IMG/VR virus record: IMGVR_UViG_3300025534_000017
Location: 1-42,262 of that record
Strand: one strand, 5' to 3'
Length of the DNA stretch: 42,262 nt
Origin: a virus
Taxonomy: Duplodnaviria; Caudoviricetes
Below, one piece after another: positions 35,640-42,262 of this stretch. Each line of letters begins with the position of its first letter. Positions within the stretch are counted from its first letter, which is position 1. Both the position numbers and the translations under genes were made by a program. The notes under the pieces are model-generated. The model saw only the letters and a program-made list of their open reading frames with translations. It did no database searches and was not told where the DNA came from.

Positions 35640-36089
35640 TCACCCTTTCATGGCCTTTTCGATGCGCTTCAGCATCTCGTCCACGATCGTCTTTTCGATC
35701 TTTTTCGCGTTCCCGGTCAAAGCCTTTTCGAGGAAATGGTACCCCGGAATATATTTTCCGTTCCGGGTAAAGAATCCGTATTCTTGTGATGCCGGGTAGT
35801 ATGCAATGACATTTCCATTCTCATCCTTCTTTTGGAAAATGTCATTCTTGGACCGGTCGAACACAATCCGATACACTTTCTTTCCTTTCACCCGGGAGCG
35901 CTCGCCGACCATGATGATTCCACGCTTCAGTTCACCGGTATCTTCCGGTGCATTTTGCTTGGCCGCGTTTAAAGCGATTCTCATGGCCTTTCTCGATGAT
36001 TGAGTGACATATTTTTGCGGCACATCGCCCAGCTGTTTTAGCTTTTTTTGAAGCTTATCCATGCCTTCGACTTTAAACCTGATACTCAT
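35640..36089 (-). CDS. HK97 gp10-like neck protein
   Basis: VEGMDKL...APEDTGELKRGI...QEYG...PGYHFL. Confidence 0.85.
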   Translation of the reverse strand: MSIRFKVEGMDKLQKKLKQLGDVPQKYVTQSSRKAMRIALNAAKQNAPEDTGELKRGIIMVGERSRVKGKKVYRIVFDRSKNDIFQKKDENGNVIAYYPASQEYGFFTRNGKYIPGYHFLEKALTGNAKKIEKTIVDEMLKRIEKAMKG

Positions 36090-36415
36090 TTGACCAACTC
36101 CTTGCATAGGAGCTGCAACTCCGCATTTTTTTCCTTGAAATTGATCGGCGGGCCGACAAGTTCGAAGATCCGATCTCCGAATTTCACCCGCACGTCCGTC
36201 GTGATTTTGAATCCCGGAATGTAACGAAGGTTGATTTTGTGCGAAACTTCGCTGTTCATCTTTTCTGCGGCAAAAAACTCCCGGGCCGTCAATGGATTCA
36301 CGCTTGCCCAAACCGTTTTGACGTCAACCCATTCTTCGATTTCTTCCCCGTAATCATTTTGTTGTTTCGTCTTCTGCTGAAAAGTGATTCGGTGCCGCAG
36401 ATCCCCGGGATTCAT
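36086..36415 (-). CDS. Head closure protein (SPP1 gp16-like)
   Basis: MNPGDLRHRITFQ...DYGE...W....TVWA.V. Confidence 0.9.
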   Translation of the reverse strand: MNPGDLRHRITFQQKTKQQNDYGEEIEEWVDVKTVWASVNPLTAREFFAAEKMNSEVSHKINLRYIPGFKITTDVRVKFGDRIFELVGPPINFKEKNAELQLLCKELVK

Positions 36416-36582
36416 GATTTTTCATCCTTTTTGCTCTTCTTTTCTTTGATTTCCGCGCCGATGAATCCCTCTTTTCTCAAAAATTCGGCCCGCTTTTTAT
36501 CATTCGTTTCATAAACGGAATCCACGTCATAAACTTCCATGGAAAATTTATCCCGGAACCGTTTCACCACTTTGTACTTCAT
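36412..36582 (-). CDS. Small head-associated protein
   Basis: MKYKVVKRFRDK...RAEFL...GFI; RBS GGAGGTGA. Confidence 0.65.
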   Translation of the reverse strand: MKYKVVKRFRDKFSMEVYDVDSVYETNDKKRAEFLRKEGFIGAEIKEKKSKKDEKS

Positions 36583-36877
36583 CCGTTTCACCTCCGGAAT
36601 CGGAATCCGGCGCATATTTCAACTGGGCAAGCATGGATTGAATCGTATATCTCACTTTGTCACTCGCTCTTTGGCCGATTAGGTCCCGGTTCTCATACCA
36701 ATCCGCGACCAAAACCAAGCAGAAAAGTTTTGCCAGGTTGTTGCTTGAATCAAAATTTTTGCCGGTGGCATTTTTCAGGTATGACTCCGCGGATCCGATC
36801 AACATCTTGATTATTGAATTGTCATAGTCCCCATCAATCCGGAGCCAGTCTTTGGCTTCTTCCAAAGAAACAATCAT
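36548..36877 (-). CDS. Head-tail connector (HK97 gp6-like)
   Basis: VSLEEAKDWLRID...AESYL...LVADWYENR. Confidence 0.9.
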   Translation of the reverse strand: MIVSLEEAKDWLRIDGDYDNSIIKMLIGSAESYLKNATGKNFDSSNNLAKLFCLVLVADWYENRDLIGQRASDKVRYTIQSMLAQLKYAPDSDSGGETDEVQSGETVPG

Positions 36878-36896
36878 CTCTCATCACCGCCTTATG

Positions 36897-36922
36897 GAAA
36901 AAGGGCGGTAAAATCCCGCCCT
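36897..36922 (-). terminator. Terminator after capsid gene
   Basis: AGGGCGG...CCGCCCT + TTT. Confidence 0.6.
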
Positions 36923-36923
36923 A

Positions 36924-38117
36924 TTACACCACCGGGGTCAGATCGATTTGGCCAAAGACCGCGGCATCATTATCCCAGAACGTGATGTCATGGCGCATGA
37001 TCGCACGCAATTCAGTCGTATCGCGTCTCCATGCGTCACCACCGACATTGGTGGAAGCCAATTCATAGAATCTGCGTCTGAAGAGTACAAGCAATTGCTT
37101 CAAGTCGCCAACAATGACCGGCGCCTTATTGTTCGCAGTATCCGTCGGCAAAATGCGGTTCGGAACCACGATAACCTGGCGGCCCTTGATCTGTTTCCGG
37201 CCAGGCTGGGTAATGTCTTCTTCCAAAAGGTAGCGGCCGTTCCCATCTTTCAACCCATCGAGATAATGGAACCCGTCTTGGTTGGTCAAAAAGACACTCG
37301 TCAAAGCGATCGCCGGATCAAGCGCCACATTCAAGACATGACGAATGTCGTCAAAATTGGCCAGCCCTTGCTTCGTCATCTCGTTCAATTTCCCGAGGAT
37401 CAGGAAATTTTCAGTGGCGACCGCTTTTTTCCCAATCCAATTCGAGACATAGTTCATCAGGTTTTGGTCATTATCGGCCAGAAGTTCATTGGTAAGCGGG
37501 AGAATACCACCGCGCTTTTTCACATGGTAAGTAATAGGCCGGAATTTCGGATTATCAACTTCTTGAAGCTCGCCATATTCTTCCACAACCGGGAACGGCG
37601 TATATTCAGCATCCACTTCAATTACCCGGGATCCGGAAAGGGCCGTAACACTTTCCACCGTGACATATTGCGACAGATCGATGAATTGACGGCGCACTTC
37701 ATTGATCCGGGTTTGAATATCTTGTGGAATAATCAAAGAAGAATCTCCATCCGTTTGGCCACTTACGCCACCCTCATGCATGAGTGCGCGTTTTTCATAT
37801 TCCGCAATGACGCTCCGTTCTTCCGAGGAAATTTTTTGCCGGCGCAGCCCTTTTAAGAAAATTTGTCGATATTCCTTTTCCAGTTCCGAATCTTCACGGG
37901 TTTGGGCGACATCTCCTTGATTAATAGCAACTCCATTGTCCAAATTCCGTGCCTCATCTTCATCCAAAGCCTTTTGAATTTCGATTTTCTTTTGCAATTC
38001 ACGGACTTCATCCATCAGTTTTTCTGCATCTTCGACCTTGTCCTCACTCAAAAGAGAACGCACTTCCGCCTTCTTTTTTTCGAGTTGATCCAACAGTTCG
38101 CGAATTTCCTTTTTCAT
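36924..38117 (-). CDS. Major capsid protein, HK97 fold
   Basis: N-terminal coiled-coil delta domain; IPQDIQT; KDGNGRYL; GDLKQ. Confidence 0.95.
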   Translation of the reverse strand: MKKEIRELLDQLEKKKAEVRSLLSEDKVEDAEKLMDEVRELQKKIEIQKALDEDEARNLDNGVAINQGDVAQTREDSELEKEYRQIFLKGLRRQKISSEERSVIAEYEKRALMHEGGVSGQTDGDSSLIIPQDIQTRINEVRRQFIDLSQYVTVESVTALSGSRVIEVDAEYTPFPVVEEYGELQEVDNPKFRPITYHVKKRGGILPLTNELLADNDQNLMNYVSNWIGKKAVATENFLILGKLNEMTKQGLANFDDIRHVLNVALDPAIALTSVFLTNQDGFHYLDGLKDGNGRYLLEEDITQPGRKQIKGRQVIVVPNRILPTDTANNKAPVIVGDLKQLLVLFRRRFYELASTNVGGDAWRRDTTELRAIMRHDITFWDNDAAVFGQIDLTPVV

Positions 38118-38163
38118 CTTGATTCCTCCCTAAAAAATTTTTTTGAAATTAAAAAAAGAGCTG

Positions 38164-38844
38164 TTATATCAGCTCTAATTCCAGCAAGAGTTTTCGTTTT
38201 TTGATTTCATCCTCCGCCCGTTTTTGCTCTTTTTTGAATTCCTCCAACGAACGGACGCTGACTTCATTTGCCGGATATGCCGGGAAGGCAACCGGGCTGA
38301 TTTCGAAAAGTTCAGCGTTTAGGACGGTTCGTTTGTATACTTTCTTCCCATTCCTGTCCTCTTTGGACCATTTATCTTTAGTCACCCTCATTCCAAAGGA
38401 AACACCATCCACATCGCCGCGTTTGATCAGCTCCCAGGCATCGTTTCCGGCGGCCGTATTCGGAACATCCAATTCAAAACGCAATTCTTTATCCGTATTT
38501 TCCAGCCTGAGCGTCCCGCTTTTGGTGCTCCCCAAAACTTGACTTGTATCATGAGACCAAAGCGCGACCACATCCCGGGTTTTCAGGCTTTCATCGAAAG
38601 CGCCTTTCGCGATTTCTTCAACAATCGTATCGTTGTAAATGTCACGCATTTCGGCGCTTTCGGTGTGATATTTGATCGCGCCGGCAATCGTGCGTGTTTC
38701 TTCGCCCTCGTTTTCTTTTGCTGCACGAATCTCAATCGCCACCGGAATCGTCCGGATTTCCTTCGTCGTCTCTTTCATCATTTCCCTCATCGTTTCCTTC
38801 GCCATTCCCGACGTCTCCGGCGTCTTGTTCATTTCCTTTCCCAT
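38164..38844 (-). CDS. HK97-type prohead protease
   Basis: ALWSHD...LG; RGDVDGVSFG; LFEISPVAFPAYP. Confidence 0.93.
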   Translation of the reverse strand: MGKEMNKTPETSGMAKETMREMMKETTKEIRTIPVAIEIRAAKENEGEETRTIAGAIKYHTESAEMRDIYNDTIVEEIAKGAFDESLKTRDVVALWSHDTSQVLGSTKSGTLRLENTDKELRFELDVPNTAAGNDAWELIKRGDVDGVSFGMRVTKDKWSKEDRNGKKVYKRTVLNAELFEISPVAFPAYPANEVSVRSLEEFKKEQKRAEDEIKKRKLLLELELI

Positions 38845-40099
38845 CTTGATCACCCCCTTCCAAGTAAGCGGATCCGGCTTTGGCAATGGGCAACATATTC
38901 CCATTTACCAGCAGTTGATCTCCGCCTTCCTCTGGCGGTAAATCCTCTTTTGCGCGGGCCTCATTTGGCTTGAGGAATCCGCCTTGGATGCCGGTCCGAT
39001 ATGCTTCATACCGGGTTTTCAAATCGGCCCGCAAAATGACATCGACATTAAATTTGATGTAATAACCCTTTTCGATTTCAGAATCCAGCAGGAGCTTGTA
39101 CGTCATTTCCTGCTCGTACATCGTTAAAATGGGCAACAACGTCGATGTGTAAAAATCTAGTTGTTGCTGTTCGATGTTGGTATGCGTCGCCCTGGACAGA
39201 TCGTTCAGCTGATGCATTTTCACGCCAAACGCTGTAGCGATCTGCCGGATGGTCAATTCCGTATTTTGCAGGAATTGCGCGTCATGCATGCTTAGGCTCA
39301 TCGGGACAAATTGATAGCCAATAGGCATGAGCGCGATCCGGTGGCTGTTTTTCAGTCCGCTGGACATCGATTCAAATTCTTCAAGGAATTGCTGTTTTGC
39401 TTCATTGTTCAAATCACCAACATACTGAACGATCCCTTTCACCTGTAAGCCCTGTTTATAAAAATTGTTGATAAATTTTTCAGCCGATGCCGCATTTTCC
39501 ACCGCCTTCAGGCATTCAAGCGGCGGAATGCCAACGATTCCATCGAGGGTTACACTGCTTTTGAAATGCAAGATTTCTTCAGGGGACAGCTTGATTCTTT
39601 CGGTTCCGGCTTCGACCACATACCAAAGATTGTTTTTGGAACTGATGAGACCAACATCATCGACATAAATCGTAACCCGGTTCGCATCAACCGGCCACAA
39701 CCCAACGACCTTCCCTTTGCTGTCGAATTCAATATTCACAAAACTGTTTCCATAAATATTCCGCTGAACCTCGACGACGCTCATAAAATCATGCGTAGAC
39801 ATATACGGATTGGGCCGCAGACGCATCAAATTGTATAAATAGTGTGTGGTCGCCTTTTTTATCCCTTTCTCATCTTCCTGGTAGAACTTGATCGGAAGCA
39901 TAGAAAGATTTTCGGCCAATATTTTGATGCAAGCATACACAGTCGAAACCTTCAGAGAGTTTTTGCCCCGGACATTCACTTCATCAATCGAAATGCCCAA
40001 CAGTTCCAAAAGCTCCCGGTCATTTTCATTTAGCACATAGATCGGCGTCTCTCTTTTTTCCAAGCCCAGGAAACGCGAAATTCTATCTCTCCAGCCCAT
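38732..40099 (-). CDS. Portal protein, HK97 family
   Basis: VYACIKILA...LRPNPYM...EILHFK...DAQFL...PNEAR..EDLPP..GGD. Confidence 0.95.
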   Translation of the reverse strand: MGWRDRISRFLGLEKRETPIYVLNENDRELLELLGISIDEVNVRGKNSLKVSTVYACIKILAENLSMLPIKFYQEDEKGIKKATTHYLYNLMRLRPNPYMSTHDFMSVVEVQRNIYGNSFVNIEFDSKGKVVGLWPVDANRVTIYVDDVGLISSKNNLWYVVEAGTERIKLSPEEILHFKSSVTLDGIVGIPPLECLKAVENAASAEKFINNFYKQGLQVKGIVQYVGDLNNEAKQQFLEEFESMSSGLKNSHRIALMPIGYQFVPMSLSMHDAQFLQNTELTIRQIATAFGVKMHQLNDLSRATHTNIEQQQLDFYTSTLLPILTMYEQEMTYKLLLDSEIEKGYYIKFNVDVILRADLKTRYEAYRTGIQGGFLKPNEARAKEDLPPEEGGDQLLVNGNMLPIAKAGSAYLEGGDQDGKGNEQDAGDVGNGEGNDEGNDERDDEGNPDDSGGD

Positions 40100-40122
40100 T
40101 ACTTCGTTTCACCCCCTTCCTT

Positions 40123-41691
40123 TTATCCCCACAGCCGTTTCAGGAAATCTTTCTCGGCAAATTCGGAGACATTGATATCGATTTTTTCATAGATCATTGC
40201 AGTCGCCATGGCAATCACCATGGCGACCAGCAAGTCAATCCGATCGGTTGATTTGTTTTTCATCGGTTTAATATTTTCGTTTCCGTCCACAGCAACATGC
40301 ACATTACCAAAGCACCAGCGGGCAACCGGATTCTTTTCGTGTGTCAAATATCCTCTTTTCAAAAACCGTTCAATGGTTTTCATCGCCGGGCTTAAGTTTT
40401 TCATGTCTTGCGGAATCTCAATCACATCCAATCCCGCTTTCATTAATCGTTGGGTCAGCATCCGGCTATTCCACGGGTCCGCCCCGATCGTTTGAATTTT
40501 GTATTGTTTGCTTGTTGCTATGATCCGATTTTCAACAAAATCATAATCCACCACATTTCCCGGAGTAGCCACCAAATGTTTCTGATTCACCCAACGATCG
40601 TATGGAACTTTATCTCGTTCCACCCGCTCTTTCATATTGTCCTCCGGAATCCAGGCTTCGAAAATCGCCCGCCATTCCGAAAAACCTTCCTGCGGTGGGA
40701 ACAAGTAGCAGGCCCCCGTGATATCCGTTGTGCTGGAAAGGTCCAGACCGACATAACATTTCTTACCGATCAATTCTGCCAGATCCCATTTCCCGTTCGT
40801 ATCATCCCAAAGTGTAAGCGGCAACCATCCAGTTTTTTTCAGCGAAACCCATTGGTTAAGCCGTAACCAACGAAAGAGGCGTTCGCTCGCCTCGCTGTTT
40901 CGGGCGGCTAACGCCTCTTGTCTCACTGCCTCTATGGAAATGGTATGGCCAAGGCTCGGATTGGCCTTAAACCAGGTGCGTTCGTCGAAAATATCATCGT
41001 CCTCATCAGCTGCATAAATCTTTACATACCAAGTCGGATCATGCAGCTCTCCATCCCGGACCTTTCTGGCGTATTCATGAATCTCCCAACCGATCGAAGT
41101 CCGATCCGGATCATCGCCAGCTGTCGTGATCACCCACCACAGCGGTTCCTTCCGGGCGGCACCGGCGCCAAACGTCATAACATCCCAAAGGTCGCGGTTC
41201 GGTTGTGCATGAAGCTCATCGAAAATGACCACCGTCGGGTTCAAGCCGTGTTTAGTATAGGCTTCGGCTGAAAGAACTTTGAGGAATGTTCCGGTTTCCT
41301 TGTTTTGAATCTCTTTGCGGCTATCCCGAACAATAAGAATTTCTTGCAAAGCCTCATCTTGTTCGATCATCCCAACGGCCGCCTTATACACCAATTCCGC
41401 CTGGCCGCGGTCCGCTGCGCAGCAATAAATTTGCCCGCCTGGTCCATCACAAGATAGATGATAAAGTGCAATAGCTGCAATTAAAGACGTCTTCCCGTTT
41501 TTCTTTGGGATCTCCAGATATGCAAACCGATATTGCCGGTACCCCTGATCATTCACGGTCCCGTAAACATCCCAAAGCACTTCATGCTGCCAGTTCAAAA
41601 GTTTAAAAGGCTGACCATAGAAGTCGTCGACGGCGTGCAACATCTGAATGAATTCGATCGGTTCAAGCGCTCGTCGTTTATCATGTCGCAT
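40123..41691 (-). CDS. terL: Terminase large subunit
   Basis: IPKKNGKT, IFDELH, ITTAG, GLDLS, RIDLLVA; start may be GTG 41700. Confidence 0.96.
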   Translation of the reverse strand: MRHDKRRALEPIEFIQMLHAVDDFYGQPFKLLNWQHEVLWDVYGTVNDQGYRQYRFAYLEIPKKNGKTSLIAAIALYHLSCDGPGGQIYCCAADRGQAELVYKAAVGMIEQDEALQEILIVRDSRKEIQNKETGTFLKVLSAEAYTKHGLNPTVVIFDELHAQPNRDLWDVMTFGAGAARKEPLWWVITTAGDDPDRTSIGWEIHEYARKVRDGELHDPTWYVKIYAADEDDDIFDERTWFKANPSLGHTISIEAVRQEALAARNSEASERLFRWLRLNQWVSLKKTGWLPLTLWDDTNGKWDLAELIGKKCYVGLDLSSTTDITGACYLFPPQEGFSEWRAIFEAWIPEDNMKERVERDKVPYDRWVNQKHLVATPGNVVDYDFVENRIIATSKQYKIQTIGADPWNSRMLTQRLMKAGLDVIEIPQDMKNLSPAMKTIERFLKRGYLTHEKNPVARWCFGNVHVAVDGNENIKPMKNKSTDRIDLLVAMVIAMATAMIYEKIDINVSEFAEKDFLKRLWG

Positions 41692-42211
41692 GAGAACCAC
41701 GTCGTTTCAGGAATTGCGCCATCGGCGACTCTTTCTCTTCCTCCGGCGGCTTCTTCGGGATAGACTTAATCCGGGCCGCTGGGTTCAAAAACAGTCGATC
41801 TTCGATTTTCATAAGCATATCCCGGGTCTTGTTCAATTTGTTCAAGATGTTCGAATACGTTTTATACAGCTCGGATCGGGTCTCCTGATCGTCTGCCTGG
41901 TCGATGTCCTGTTTGACCTGTTCGATCACGCCGAGTAGCCCCTTCTCCTCGCTAACCATCAGACAGTAGCGGTTGATGATCTGCTCGTCCAGGCCATCGA
42001 CGAATTGGATATTTTTGTAAAGTTTCTTCAGCCGCAAAAATTCCTTGTGTGCGACAGGGTCGGATTTCACGGCAGGCGATTCTTTGAAGTTAATCCCGGT
42101 GTATAGCGATTTTTCCATTTTTTCCCTGTATTCCAATTCGGCTTTTGTCCGCCGATCTTTGTTTCCTTCCAGTTTTATCAGCTGAACCGGTTTTGAAGGC
42201 CTGCCTGCCAT
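41681..42211 (-). CDS. terS: Terminase small subunit (P27 family-like)
   Basis: MAGRPSKP....LEGN; LNPAARIK; precedes terL. Confidence 0.9.
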   Translation of the reverse strand: MAGRPSKPVQLIKLEGNKDRRTKAELEYREKMEKSLYTGINFKESPAVKSDPVAHKEFLRLKKLYKNIQFVDGLDEQIINRYCLMVSEEKGLLGVIEQVKQDIDQADDQETRSELYKTYSNILNKLNKTRDMLMKIEDRLFLNPAARIKSIPKKPPEEEKESPMAQFLKRRGSHAT

Positions 42212-42240
42212 AAAATCACCCCCTTAAAAAATTTCATTTT

Positions 42241-42262
42241 GCGAAAAAAATTCGCGCCGCGG
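42241..42262. other. Probable cos site at the window end
   Basis: GC-rich CGCGCCGCGG terminus upstream of terS; joins position 1 just downstream of the HNH gene. Confidence 0.55.

Larger units (their letters stand above)
1..42262. mobile_element. Complete temperate siphophage genome (HK97-like head, cos packaging), apparently non-integrated form
   Basis: Full ordered set of packaging, head, tail, lysis, lysogeny and replication modules. No host genes. Window ends fall between the HNH gene and terS; attP-like region is uninterrupted. Confidence 0.95.

Noticed and set aside
36090-36311. Long N-terminal extensions given by the ORF track (gp10-like, protease, several early genes)
   Set aside because: They overlap upstream genes; downstream starts with proper RBS were chosen
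1-42262. Canonical CRISPR array or cas6/cas1/cas2 accompanying the csf genes
   Set aside because: By eye, no intergenic region shows regularly spaced ~25-40 bp repeats, and no ORF has those motifs. A CRISPR finder run is needed to exclude very degenerate mini-arrays.

Overview
The window looks like the complete genome (42.3 kb) of a temperate, cos-packaging siphophage of a Bacillaceae host. Geobacillus/Caldibacillus-like is my inference from gene content. It appears linearised at the cos site, with an uninterrupted attP region. Read on the minus strand from the right end, it carries terminase, portal, protease, capsid, head-tail, tail, tape measure, tail fibre, holin and GH25-LysM endolysin. 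Next come a plus-strand accessory (moron) block, attP, integrase and the CI/Cro switch. A long minus-strand early operon (antirepressor, recombination, replication initiator with iteron origin, DnaB helicase, YopX/HNH, resolvase) ends in a late activator, metallophosphoesterase and packaging HNH. The most notable element is a complete, translationally coupled type IV-B-like CRISPR effector module (csf1, cas11-like, csf2, csf3, cysH-like; 2589-6168) inside the early operon. I see no cas6, cas1/2 or CRISPR array anywhere in the genome. Several non-coding RNA candidates could be its partner or independent regulators: a ~150-nt multi-stem RNA at 1676-1825, a ~60-nt promoter/terminator-bounded sRNA at 21606-21703, and two related attenuators. 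There is also an acr/aca-like operon with palindromic operators. All product calls come from motif recognition only; no searches were run.
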